Assembly: GCA_022605425.2 (NCBI GenBank)
Contig: JAKIMF020000011.1
Coordinates: 1-64,000 of the forward strand
Reading direction: 5' to 3'
Length of the DNA: 64,000 nt
Source: Hamiltosporidium tvaerminnensis FI-OER-3-3
Lineage: Eukaryota > Fungi > Microsporidia
Position numbers and translations under genes: made by a program. The notes under the pieces were generated by a model that saw only the letters and a program-made list of their open reading frames with translations, made no database searches and was not told the origin of the DNA. Position 1 is the first letter of the stretch. Each line of letters opens with the position of its first letter. Positions 1-14,000 of this stretch are shown one piece after another.

Positions 1-2239
1 TAGAGTGGTTTTTGATAGTTTTAGATGAAAACAACACGTAAAAGACCTTGATAAGCTGAGTGCCTTGAAAGATACAAATGTTTTGAAAAAGAATCAGTGC
101 GAGAAAAGAGTTGAGAGAAGCGATAACACTGTCTAAAAGTTATCTTAAAAGAGATGACACACATAGATACATGTCCCGAAACTATATTCTCTGAAAATAT
201 ATAAATTTGGATAGGGCATACTGTGATAATTCGATTGTAAGATTTGAAATTAAAATACTGGAAAGAAAATGATTTATTTATCAATTTATTAAATGCTTTT
301 TTTGTTTTATAATTTATTTTTGTATTTTGATTTAAATTTGTTGAATTTTTTCTGATTTTCATACCAATAATTCTTGAATTATGGTGTTCAAATAAAATAA
401 TGAACTTAAATTTCATATTTCAAACGATTATTCATTTTTTTTATTGTTTTTAGTTGAATTTTATGCTAATAAAACTGGAAAATTAGATATATTTATACAT
501 CATTTGTGTTTACATTTTACAGATAAAATAAGTATTTGGTTGAAAGTAATAAAATAAAAATATATTAAAGGAAAATTAATCCTATTATTAAAAAATAATT
601 TCAAAATCTTTTCTTATATCTTAAGTGTTCAAAGAACAGAATACTTATATATTGAATAAAAACATTTTACAAAATTTGGTGAAATTTTTATTTTATAAAA
701 ACTAACAAAAATCGAGTGGTATAATTATTCTTCCTATCTTAAGATATGAAGAAGGCTGATATATCCAATGCTTGATTTCTATTAGTACTTTTGTATGGTA
801 TATTCTTATTTTATTAAATTTTAATTTGTGATTAAGTTATTTAATAATTTTTCATTCTAAGAATAGCAAAATCCAATAATATTTTAATAAATTATACAAT
901 TTTAATCGTTAGATGACTCTCTTTTGATGTTAAGTTAGATAAAATTAATTGATTGTATCATTTTAAAAGTGGTATACATATTTTTACAGTTCTAAATATA
1001 TTAAGTTTTCTTTTGAATTTCAAAATTTGTAAAAATAATAGAAAATAGTAGAAATTAAAAAATGTATAAAAAAAAAATAAACTTATTATTTAAAATATAT
1101 CATACCATGAATTTATAGAATGTCTATATTTAGAACAGTGTTTATATTTTTCATATATTCAATATCGAAATGGATTTTGTTTAAGATTTAATTTGTTGAT
1201 AAAAATGAGACATATGTAAGATTTTATCTCAAGTAATAGAACCCCAAAAATAAAATTAACAATATACAGTTATTTATAAACCTAAAAATTCTACAATTGG
1301 TAAACATCTCTAAATAAAAGGCTTTTTTGATAAAAAAAATTAGAAGCGTCAATCTTTTTATAGTCAAAATTTTCTGCTTGTGAGATATCATATTACGATA
1401 TTATGGGGTAACGTAAATGCGTGAAAATATTTTAGTTTTGTTTTCAAATAAAAAGAAAAAAATTACAAAAACTTTCTGAATTAATAGTATTTCAGCTTGT
1501 GAATCCGTGTTAAATTTATATGTTTTCACGATTCGAAATGAAATTTATCATTGTAAGAAATTGATATAAAAGTCTAACATTATTCTAGATTTATGTATAA
1601 AAATGTAAATATTAGTTGTGTAAAAAAATAAAAGAAATTTTAACTGCATTGAAATAGACCAGGGGGTTAAATAATATATGGTATAGAATAGATTTTGTTT
1701 GTTTTTTTTTCTTCTCTAGGTATTTAAAGTACGTCTCATAAGGCATTGTTAAAAATATGTACAAGAAAAAATAGTAATTAAAGCTAATCTTTTATTTAGA
1801 TAACAAATAATATAACATTTAAATAAAGTAAATGTATTTATACGAAATAATATTTTTAAGTATGATCACAATGCAGAGTTAGTCTTGTAATATTTAAGTT
1901 AACTTATATTTTTCTAAATTTACCGTAAAGGTTTTAAAATAATAGTTCTAGATATGCTGGGGATAATTTCGAGTCATATAAATATATTAGCTTATTATTT
2001 GGCCTTGAATTACCTTTAGGTCTTTTATTTATCTATAGTATTAAATTAGTATTATTAATAGTTGTTCAAAATATTAAATTCGTCTTTTGAAGATATGACT
2101 CTATTACAATTTATTTTTCAACCTTCCATTCCTTTTTTACGTTTAATATTTTGGTTTTTTAATTGTTTAGATTAATTTTTTTCTAGTTTAGCATTTTTAG
2201 TTAAACTAGTTGATTTGCGTTATTATTTAGATTAATCTT

Positions 2240-5200
2240 TAGCTACTCATTTTCCACCTTTCTTTTTCATTTTATTCGAATCTACTTTTTTAAATTTTTT
2301 TAAGAGCATTCGTCTGTTTTTTATTTGTCGTTCTACTTTGATACTTGCACAAGCAGTTTTTCTATTTATAAAACAAGTATATTTATTTCCCCCTTTGAGT
2401 TTTAGAATAAAGTAAAGAATATATTTTCCAAAAATGTCTAATTTTATCTTGTTTGGATAGATTTATATTTATTTTTAATTCATTGTTCTTCAAATTTCTT
2501 ATTAAATATCATTATGTTATATTTAAATATATGACAAAGATTTATCTATTCTTATATGATTTTAAGGGGTTAAGCTTAATAGACTTATAAAATTAACCAT
2601 AATTGGAAGTTTTTGTGTGTAAGGTATTTTTTGTTTTTTTATGCTTATTACGAACATCCGGACAATTAAAAACTTAACTCATTATCTAAAAATAAGATTT
2701 TTATTATCTTGGCCATATTACGTTTTGTGTTCAACCTAAATATGACTGTATTAAATTTTGTGAAATTGTTTTTAAAAGTTTTTAATATATCGTGTGAAAC
2801 ATTAATCATATATGGGATTTATGCGTAACTCTGGATTTCTATATAACCTCATATTAGATACTTTCTCGAAAATTGAGCGAACTGTTGGGTATTATGTATG
2901 CATTGCTGCTTTAGCACAAGAAAATGCAAATATAATATGAAAGAAAGATATACAAGTGAAAAGGGTATTTGAATTTCATTTATACTACTTTTACGAAAAT
3001 TTAGGAGTTTTTGTACGATATTATTGCTATTATCAATATTGATGTGATATTCTCCCGATCTATACAGACATTGATTTTTTATTCATATAACTATAATCCA
3101 TATAAATTGATTCAATTTTTAGTTCGCCTTAATATATCCATATAAAAAAATTTTTTGTTTTTACTATGTGACTTAATATACTGACTTAAATTATTTTTAT
3201 TATAAGTATATTGATTGCTTTTAATCATGTTAGGTCTTTTTTTTGGAACAATATAGTATACAGTAAGATATAAAAATTAGATTAAAATAAAATCATAATA
3301 CGATAAATTCTCTTGAATAAAAAACAGGATTCCATTATACTACTTTATATATTAAAACCAAATTCAAATAAAAGTTTTTACATAAATATATGCAAATTTT
3401 AAGTTTCTTAACCTATTCTTTTGTTCAAACAAAATTCTACAACTAATTCTTAAAATAGTTTAATTTTGTTTAGTTTCGGTGTTAAACTTGTATATTAAGT
3501 CGTACATACAATACAAATAATATTTGAATTATTGAATATTATCTGATATTTTAATTTTATTTTAAAATAGGTAAATCTTAATAAATTTGTTTATTTCAAA
3601 CTAATTAAAATACTCGTTTTTTACATATGCTTAATTTATATTTTATTTTTCTATGTAAAGCTACGAATTAATTTTTCAAACTTTTCAGAAATTCATTTGA
3701 ATTAAGTAATATAATAGAATCAAAGATACATTGATTTCAAAAATGTATTTATAAACGAATATTATTTTATAATATAAAAAAATAAAGTATGTTTGTGAAA
3801 GTAGACGTCTATTCTAATTTACTAAATAAAATTTTTGATTGAGTTTGTTGTTCAAATAAAATATTGTAAATTGTGATTTGTACACTTAAAATGTAAAAAG
3901 AACACAATTAGACATTGAAAACTTTAATAGGTATGATTAATCTTGGATTTTTTAAGTTGTGGTATCCTCTAAGCGTGACCTTAGCTCCATCTTATTATTG
4001 AACTTCCATTACCTGATGAACTATATAGAGATTTAACCTAAAATCAGAGCAAAATACCTGTTCCACAATGCTAAAATATATTTTTCCAAAAAATCGCAGC
4101 AAATTCATACTTTTCCCACTACCTAAGCTGATTTGTATCATGAAAATTAGCCTTTAAAATTTTTATATTAGCTCCTATGGAATTCAAGCGGCAGTGTGTA
4201 AGAACTCAAGCGATTTTATCTAAGTCGGATTTAACGAAAAAATCAAATTAGAGCCCTTAGTAAAATTTATAAATAATTTTACAAATAACAGACACACCTG
4301 TTTCATAAACTCCGAGACCAAAAGTTAGCTTCATATACAGATTTTTGACTTTCGCAAATCTTCAGGTAAATTACGATATGAAAATTATATCCATAGACAA
4401 TTTTGTTTGTTTAAACTTATACCCAATAAAAAACCAATAACTATGATTAGCATTAATCATAATACTTTTTTATTTAAATAATCGCTTTCATTTTTTTTCT
4501 ATAACTACACACGCAATAGTTATGATATATAAATGACTCTGGGCTTATGAAAAATTCCGGTCTTTTGCATAAATGGGTAATTCTTACAACATTCTTTAGC
4601 GAAACTTAAATTATCTATTTTAAGATATAGCAAACCTTATTGAATATATTAATGAATTCCAATTGTACTAACATGTATTATAAAGATCGATTGAATTTCT
4701 TTGGTTGAAATGGAAGACTTTTGTTTTGCTAAACAAAATATTTTTCGTGAGAATATTTCAAAAATAATTCAAGAATCAAGAAATATATCGAGGCGTTTAA
4801 TCCAAGGAGTGGGAATGTTAAATTTAATAAAAGAAATCTTCGGATATAAAACCTATAAATATAGATTAACTAATTGCAACGGACTGAAGTATAAAATTAA
4901 GATACGAACGAATAACAAAGAGAATAATTAAATAAACAAGGGAGTGCAAAGATTAATTTAAAAATTAAATTTTTTGAATATGAATACAGATATTTCAAAA
5001 AAAAAATAAGCCAAATTTTAAAATATTATATTTACTTTCTTTAAAACATAAAGTTTCTTTAATTTCCTTCATTACAAACCCAGCCAATATTTCAGCCTTT
5101 TCTGAAATCAATTCAAGAGAGGTTCTAAAGTAATTTTCTTCAATTAAAATCTTCTAGCCTTCCAAATATATTCAATTGCATTTTAATTTCAATTCGATAA

Positions 5201-6330
5201 ATATTCGAATTAAGTATTTCGATTTCACCTTCAAATAATATTTCAGAATTAGATTACTTGACACAAAACTCGTTTTTACATCTCAAAAACGATACATGCC
5301 TTTGGTTCTACCACCCCGAAAATTTCCAAATTGTGTTGGTTGTAAAGTTGCAGTGTGATCTTCCTAACTGTTGATATACATTTCAAAAATTCTTCCATTC
5401 AAATACTTTTCATAAAACCCTAGCTTTGATTCTAGGCCAATATAAACGGCCGTGTGTATCAAACTGCTTACTAGCCCCTAGCCATGCCTCTTTCGTACTT
5501 TCCGAGTAAGTGGTACGAGAAATTTTGCACAAATCCCAAAAGAACTCTTTTGATTAAATTCAATATTATATAAAACTGCCTTGAGGTGTAATATAATCAA
5601 AGATCAAGGTAAATATTCCTATCATTTGTTACATACAACTTTACGATGTTGTACTAGATATCGAAATGACATCACAATATAATCTAATTATTTTATATCT
5701 TGACTATAACTACGAATAATTCGTAAAAAAACTTCATTTTGATGGACAATCCGTTAGAAGCAGAGAATATAATAAACACCTTGCATCCTCACTGATATTA
5801 GCCATTACACCCGTTTTCCTCCTTTTTGTTCGTATTTCTTGAGTTACCTCTTCATTCCAATTTCTTCAATAAAAAATATTTTGATATCAGAAATATAACG
5901 ATAGAAATTTTCAAAATACATACTGAGAAATTAAATTGTTTTGTTTTTATTCTTTTATTTGCTTTAAACCTGAAAAACATAAAGAATTAAAACGTATTTA
6001 GGGGCATGTAAATATCTAATTTTTGTTTCCCTGTTTCTCAAGGTGAAAAGCGTACTTTTTAAATTTTTGTTCTAGATTTGGTTCTCGTATATGATTATTA
6101 AAACATTTTAAAAAAATTTTATTCTAAATTTTATACATATTATTTTTCCTCGAATGATTTTTCTGTTAAAACGTTTTATTTTTCAATATTATATGGTTAC
6201 ATTATCTTAATACTTCCGATTTATTTCTAATTCATCGAAAAACCAGTAGCTAAATTTATATAAACTTTTATTAGTACTTTTATTATGCTGAAATCATAAA
6301 TATTCAAATGTTTTATCTTTGGAGCGTAAA
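2240..6330 (-). pseudogene. Copy A of an unidentified large multicopy gene (decayed; up to ~1,300 codons if one ORF)
   Basis: Clear nucleotide similarity to 8.3-10.6, 15.6-19.5 and 51.7-54.0 kb (e.g. ...aattggaagtttttgtgtgtaaggta..., ...gaaacattaatcatatatgggattt...). Minus-strand hand translation gives peptides shared among copies: GYIEIxSY..IPYMINVSxNIL, FNTAIFRLNT, PYTQKLPI, LFEFGFNI, ISLGS..GK.IVVDCGTS, KSDFxQDRMSFL, EIEILNSNIY. Many stops and frameshifts; boundaries approximate. Confidence 0.7.
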
Positions 6331-6352
6331 TAATGAATTTAAATTATATTTT

Positions 6353-7036
6353 TGGCGGTGTGAGGATAGTCACAAAAAAAACATTCTTCTTAGCAATGAG
6401 TAGGCTTAAACTAGGTGTGAAGACAATATTTTAGTTTTTGAATTGTGATTAAAACCACACTACCCCTACGTTTGTTACATGGGTGTTCGTATGAAAGGAA
6501 GTTCATAAAATCCACGAAAATTTTATATTAATATATTTTTGCTTTTTCTTGTGCTCAATTGTAAACTGCACTTGAACTTATAGATAATATCCATAGAAAT
6601 TTAAAAATCTAGTCTTAAAAACTGCTTTAGAAGACTCTGCGAATTGAAATGGAAGATGGCCTTCTAAAACGAGAGTTGCGTGGGTTATTTATGTTGGTAT
6701 GGCATTGCATCTTCGCCTGGTTTTTTCGTGTGAATTCCATGAAATATCTTAGCTAGCTGATAGTTTATTTGGCACGTGTATATTAAGTTAAAATGCTGCA
6801 GGGTGTGTAAAAGGTCACAATTCTAGTTGATTTTGCATACGATCACACCTCCGCAACAGATATTAACAAACTCGAAGCAACTAAATTGCTTATTAAATAA
6901 GTCTTAAGCTATTAAAGATAAAATGCTTGGGATTTAGATATTCTAAAGGAAGTAACGATGGAGTGTTAGGTCCAGTCACTGATGTCAAACCTAGAACTAA
7001 GCAATCCTTTTATGAAAAAGTAACAACACTTACTCC
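6353..7036 (+). ncRNA. Diverged copy of the ~690-nt putative structured RNA element
   Basis: Colinear similarity to 42036-42736 (gcaatgagt..aaact.ggtgtga, catggg, gttggtatggcattgca, atatcttagctag, aatgctgca, gatggagtgtt, aaacctagaact). Local helix GGGUGUG 6801-6807 / CACACCU 6844-6850. Confidence 0.55.
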
Positions 7037-8249
7037 TTTATTTAAAAATATTGTATAGTTTAAATTCATTTAATGGTTTTGGTTTATGCAGCTATTATAT
7101 ATTTTTCGTTAACGCTGATATTCAGTTACTTTAAACTTATGTAATATTTATTTTTCATTTTACGGTTTATATCATTAAATTATTATTCTATTTATTTTCA
7201 CAATTTAAGTTATTTCACTAAAAAATATGTATTCTAATATAGAAAGTTCTAGTCGTCACTATTTATTTATCGAGCATTATTTCGCAAATAAAATTAATCC
7301 TATCCGAACTACAATGTCGTTCTTTAATTTGAATATCTCATAGATTCTTTTAGCTTATAGATCTAATTTTATGTCTATTAGCATTCTATTTTTTTTATCT
7401 AATCTAACTTTTTATGTTTAAAAATATACTTTTCTTACATATTATTTGTATTAATTTTGTTTTTATACTATTTTTTTATAACCCAATTTTAAAGGCGTGT
7501 AAGATGTGATATAAATCTTTAAGATAATTATAGCTTATGTGTTTGCTTTGATTAATTCACAATAATTTTTTTGAACTTTAAAATTTTGATTTTAAATTCT
7601 TTAATATTCTATAGAATACTATGGAGAATTTGCTAAATGCATATTTTTTGGGTAGAATACTTTTAGTAGGGTTTTTTACTCCTTATTTAATTACCTTTTC
7701 TATAATTTGTATTTAGTCATGTATATTTTGTAAATATAATTTTATTGTATATTAGTCTTTGAATTGTAATGTGTCTTACATAGTTAAAAAATGTACTTGT
7801 TTTTATCTTATATTTGTTTTCTAACTATTTTCATGTGCTTTTTAATTAAATTCAAATATTTTCGTTCAATCGTTTCTATTGAAATTCTAGTCCTAGTTTA
7901 TCCTTTACTTGTTTTGAGTAAATTTATGTTATATAAAATTTATAAAGTCGTTTACTTTTTAATGTAAATTGGTATATAGTTCGTTGTTATGTTTAAATAA
8001 ATACTACTTTTGTTTATAGATGTTAAAATATAATATTTTTCTTGCATAAAAAGAGAGTATATGTTAGATTAGCAGTTACCGATATTTCTTTCGTACATTT
8101 TTTTAGTTTATTATTCATTTTGGCTGTGTTTCTTAATTTAAAAATTTACTTATATCAAATTTTTTTTGCTAAAACTCATTTTAGTTATAGCTGTATATAC
8201 ATTTTTTAGTTTTTTGGTTGTTTTTTTTCGAAATGACTTTTTTTAATTC

Positions 8250-10585
8250 TGTTACATTTATTTTACTTCATTCTTTTCTTATTCATTTACAAATTCAAGT
8301 CGTTACTTAATCAATCACTTGTTTGGGTCATGTAAAATAATTCAGGTCATTTCAATGAGTAATTTATGTTTCAAAGTAATATTTATGGCTAAATAATGTA
8401 TAAAATTTCTGTTATTTATTCATTTTATATTCATTTTAACTTCAAATTCAGTTATTTAATATCAATATGTAATATTCGTAAATATAAGTAAGTATTTTCT
8501 CTTCTGAGTATATTAAGAGGTTAACCTAACAAACTTTAAAATTTACTATAATTGGAAGTTTTTGTGTGTAAGGTAATGGTTGGTTTGCTTTATTGGAACA
8601 GTCGTATCTATTAAAACCCTCACTCACTATTTAAAAACGAGGTTTTATAATCTTGGTCATCATCAGTTGTGTTCAACCTAAATATGGCTGGATTAAATTT
8701 GGTTAACTCGTTTCGAAAAGCCCGCAGTATATTGTTGGAAACATTAATCATATAAGAGATTCTTCCGTAACTATAGATTTCAAAATAACCTTTACTATTT
8801 ACCTTTCCTTAAATTAATCAAACAGTTATAGCGCATATCTTATATGCCTTTTTACAATTTCTTAAACAGAATATAAAGCTAATTCAAAAAAAGATATAAA
8901 TACGAAAAGTATTTAAATATCATGTATAATACTTTCGAGTGATTAATGAGAAATGTAATACTATTGCTATTGTTGGAATATATATGTTATTCTTTGGATT
9001 TTTAATGGCTTTGATTTGCTAATATATATTACAATTTATGGTATAATGAACTCTGATATTTGATTCATTTAAATATATATAGAAATAAATATTTCATTTT
9101 AAAATATATGGTGAGATTTAAATAACTTAAATCATTATAATTATACATGTATTAATTCGATTTAAATATGTTAAGTTTATTTTTAATTTATATCTAATTT
9201 TAAATTAAATTAGACTTTAAAATAATATATATAGTACAGTAAACTGTCATGAAGTGATACAGAAAACTTTTTATCATGCTACTTCTATGTTGAAACCAAA
9301 TTCTAATAAATCTTTGCATCCAATTTATGTAAATTAAGTACTCTTAAGTTATTTGCCTAATTGAAAGACAATTGTTACAATACTTTTTAAAATAGTTCGT
9401 TTTATATATTCTTTTTAGTCTTTAGATTGTAACTATTTTTATTCAGTATATATATTAAAACAAGAAATAAAGCCAAATAAAATAATGTAAATAATATGTT
9501 GATATGATTATAAGAAAGTTAAACTTTAATTAAATTTAGTTCGGCTCCTACCTAATTAATATAATTAATTTTTAATATGCTTTCTCGTAATTCTATATTA
9601 ATCTACAATGAAATCTTCAAAAATTAATGAGCTATCTATACTAGTCCGAAATAAACAGAGGTTATATCATTTCAATATCTAAATATATTTATAGGTGAAT
9701 ATAAATTTCGAAAGATAAGTATAAATAATAGATATTGATTTGAAAGTGTGGTATAAATAGTCTTTTAATTTAAAGAAGGAAATTTTTATAATACTACAAA
9801 TAAAATTTCGATGATCTTGTTTGTCGATTTATAGCTAATTATTTCGAATTACGGTTTGTCTGCTAAAATGTAATAATAGAGACAATTAGGTATATATAAT
9901 CACTAAAACTATAAATGAGCTTCAGTTCTAAATGTTGTGGCATCTTTTACAAGTAAATTAGTACTTTTTCATTTTGAAACTTCTGATTCTTCCTTATATG
10001 AATAAAGATTAAACCAATTTAGAGGAATAGAACTTATGCCACAACCAGCTGATATATTTTTATTAGAATATTTGCACCTGTAATATATTATCTCAAACTA
10101 TCCAAGCTGATTCGAATTATGGAATGGCATATCTAAGGTTATTTACACATTTTACAATTGTTTAAAGGGTAGTCTCAAAAGACTCATCTGATCTTGATTG
10201 AAGTCAAAATTAACTAAATAATTTAATGAATTCACTCATAATATATTGGTAGATAAATACCCAATATCATTAACTGGAACTTTCATAACGCGAAGGCAAA
10301 TAACGCAATTTTGAGGCGCATTTGCCTATTTCAAAAATTCGAGGTAAAGTTGTATATTATAAAGAAAAAGATAAAATAATATAATTTAATTTATAAGTTA
10401 TAATTTTAAAAATTAATAGATTTTATTTACTTTACATCAAAAAACATTACTTTTGTATATTTGCTCGATTATTTCTTTAAACTTTAAGAAAATTTATTTG
10501 TTCCTCATGATATGTAATTGAATTGTGCTCTATGATTGAATTACTTTCTTCTTGATAAAATGTGTTCTTCTTATTATAGAAATCT
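8250..10585 (-). pseudogene. Copy B of the unidentified multicopy gene (3' ~2.3 kb only)
   Basis: Minus-strand translation near 8560-8790 reads GYFEIYSYGRISYMINVSNNILRAFRNELTKFNPAIFRLNTTDDDQDYK...PLPYTQKLPIIVNF. Most similar to copy D, and similarity stops at about the same point in both. Confidence 0.7.
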
Positions 10586-11189
10586 TCGTAAATGGTTTGA
10601 GCTATTAACGCTTAAATAAGCCGTTTGGACTCAATACAAAGTTTGTATTATATATTATCTTATATTATTTTTTGGTTTGTGTTAGAAGATTAAACGTATT
10701 TTATATTTTCTAAAAATTTAAAGGTAATGCTATTTTGAAGAAATATTTTTAAATGTATATTTTTTAGTACTTTTTTGCGTTAAAAAAAATTCCAAACTCA
10801 TAGGTCTATATGCTTCTTTTTGTTTGAATACTATTTTATTTATATTGATTTTAAAGAAAACAGAGAATAAATAATGCCTTTTCTACATGCTAACAATATT
10901 ACAATAAAGAATAAAAAATTAGAATTTTAGTGAATGTATATTCGCTCGTCCAAAGCTTTCCCTGGTTTTAGTACTTTTGATAAAAATAAAACTTTAGTTA
11001 AATGATATGCATCTTAACAAATAAATATTTTAATTTTTTAATTATTATTACTAATTTAGAAGATTCCATGTAGCAATTATTTTAAATATATCTCTATGCG
11101 TATTAAACAATAAATTTTTTAGATAATACATGGTTTGAAATTAATTTATTTTACATTATTTTTATAATTTTTTTTATTTAAATTTATGC

Positions 11190-12050
11190 TATGTAAAAAT
11201 TCGGACATGAAATAGAATCTGAAGAAAATTATATATGTAGGGATATACTGATAAAAATATCTTAGTATGATTTAAAAGAAGCCAAGAACATTATTTAAAT
11301 AAGTATTATTATACATTGAAATAATTTCGAAGGGTAAGTTGTAAATGATGTAATTATCAATTGTGACTTTAGATAAATCAAATTATGATTGGATAGGAAT
11401 CGTTTAGGAATGGTTTTTCCATATATTGAACTAATTAATTTAAATACCTGTTTAAATGAGATTAGTTGTAGCAAGTGTAAAAGTATAAACCATACAAGTT
11501 TTCTCATTTGTGGCAGCTTCTAAGGCTCACCGCAAAGAATACTTTTGAAATATCAGATGCTCTATAGGAAAAGCTCTTCAACCTCTAAACTACAAGAGCT
11601 ATGACTGTACTGAAATGGAAGCCAAATATACCAAATGTCACCGATCGCAAATATCCATTCTCTGTAATATTTGCAGCTAAATTTGCTGCATCTGTATATC
11701 CTAATTAATGGAATATAGAAAGACTATGCAAGTTATATTACGTAAATCTATACTTGCTTCAATATAGATGTCCTGAACAACAATCGATTTTGTTATGAAA
11801 TCAAGAGTTCGAAATGCATGGTTTAATCACTTTAATATGCTAAGATACACTTACGAACAACATCAATTGTATTTCAAAGAACTTTAAGGCAATGAGTCAA
11901 ATACTAGGACAACACTACCTATTTAGTTAGAAAAGTCGTTTGGAAATATTTACCCACTACAATGAAATTATATCAAAATACTGTTCAAAAAAATCTTTAA
12001 TCATTTTACGAACAACCGTAATTTATTGTTTACAATATCTACAATTTTGA
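11190..12050 (+). pseudogene. Decayed ORF, unknown protein
   Basis: One + frame reads FGHEIESEENYICRDILIKIS*...LGMVFPYIELINLNTCLNEISCSKCKSINHTSFLICGSF*..., protein-like but interrupted by TAA/TAG/TGA; GC slightly above background. Confidence 0.3.
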
Positions 12051-13039
12051 TTGTATGATTTTAAGTGCTTAATTCAATCACAATCTAAAACAATGGGTCT
12101 TTTATAATATTTTGCATATGTATTGATTCTTATATATTTACATTTCTATTTAAATAAATGTGTTCGTTTCATCTTTCTAAAGGTATTACATACTTTGTTG
12201 CTAGCTATGTTACAGAACTTATATAAAGACATTGAAAAGTTAATCGAAACATATATTTCTTTAATGTTTTTCTAAACCAACTTTCTCAAGTATTTCACTG
12301 CTACAGATTAGGTAAATATTATTTTTTCTTTACTATATTTCTCAAGTATTTCGCTCACCCAGGTCAGTAGAAGCAAAAATTTTAAATTAGAATGGTATTA
12401 AGTGCTTATGCACTTTCTAATAAATTAACTCTTAATTTTGCTTTTCTGAGCTAGCTATTAATGATTTGCATGAAATATTTCAATTCTTTTCAAATTAAAT
12501 TAAATAAAAACTTTTTGGCTCGAGTATAGAAAATTTTAGTTTCTCTTTTTTTAGTAAGAATATACAATAAGTAGAAATAGAACGAATATATGCCTAGTAT
12601 CTCTATTGAAATCGCTTTTTTTAAAGTTTTTTATGATTTTCCCCCTTTTATCCAAGTAAGTAAAATATCCAGACATTGTTTTTACATTAAAAGCCCTTAT
12701 GAATAAAATAGCGACGTGCTTTTTTTGAATATAAAAATAAAAGAGCTTCGAAATGCTAGGCTTTAAGCATTTTTTATTAAAATAAATTTAACAATAAAGA
12801 AACAAGTATTGTGTTTATTCATTTATAATTTCAAAAAGTAAACTCCTAATATTAAATAATTTTTTACGTGTAATAATTTGAATTTAGCAGAATTCTTAAT
12901 TTTTCCTGATAAAACTACTCTTGGACTTTGGCACCAATAATATTTACGTTTTAAAAAAGAATTTTTCCAAATGAAAATTAAAAAAAATTAAAAAGCAGCT
13001 GAATATTAATAAAAGAAAGAATTTAATTGTAATTAGATT

Positions 13040-14000
13040 AAAATAGTTCCCCTAACCAAAATCTTTAAACTGTTGCTCTGCTCTACAATATTTTAGGAGC
13101 ATAAGCAGAATCAAATATTTCTAAAAACCAAACACGCTTTAAAAAATAGCAAAAATTTTTTTCACTCAACTAATTAATTTCATCACACTCCGAAAAGTTT
13201 TCCCTACCCTAATTTTTAGTCCCAATCCAAACATTTTCCCTCCAACATTATTATTATTGCCCTACCTCGATTCTTTTTACCCTTGCGCCTGTTCTACATA
13301 ACAGAATATTTTTTCCTAAATTTCTTTATTTTAAATATATTCTCGAAAAGCTCCATCATTTCCACGACATAATCATTTTATCTTTAAATATATTTTTTCG
13401 TCAACTAATTTATTTCCGCCCTAATTTACTTTTGCCATAAACTTGCTCTTTCCTCTCAGACGTTAATTTTTTCTCAGTTTTTCAATTATTCTGTTCAAAT
13501 ATCTTTCTTTTTGAAATTTTGTATCTTTAAAACAAAATATTCAATTAATTATCCATTCCATTGATCTCAACTAGAATATTTTCTTTCTGCCGGTTCTTTT
13601 CTTAAAAACGGATTCTTTTCTACGGATTTCAACTTTCATAGATGTACATTTTAAAAACCCAATACTTTATTTCTTTAGCAAACCTTTTCACTTTAACTTC
13701 AAACACCATTCCCCAACCTGTTTTTATAACCAATTCTCCTTTCCCAACCCGTAATTTTCTTCCTTTATAACCCCCTTTTTCGCTATCTTAAATCTTTTTT
13801 CCCAGAATCAGAATCTTTTCCCTAACTACTGTCTTTTTTCCCAAACTATTTTTTTTTTTTACTTGCTGGCCCCGATCTACTCATCCCAAAAACAGATTTA
13901 TTCTCCTGACTTAATTCCTAATCTTTTTTCCGTCGAATTGATCTTTCTTCGCTAACTACAATCTTTTTTTCCTTGGCTGAATTTTCTTTTCTTTTTCTCT
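13040..14000. repeat. Degenerate pyrimidine-rich ~20-bp minisatellite (ATCTTTTTTCCCTAAC-like)
   Basis: Strong C/T strand bias; successive units such as aatcttttttcccagaatca / gaatcttttccctaactact / gtcttttttcccaaactatt at ~13790-13850. Confidence 0.55.

Noticed and set aside
21-416. Supplied 131-aa ORF and other short supplied ORFs (e.g. 4701, 15220, 18483, 23428, 35356, 53131) as real CDS
   Set aside because: They have low-complexity F/I/K/L composition or lie antisense to minus-strand relics, with no recognisable domains.
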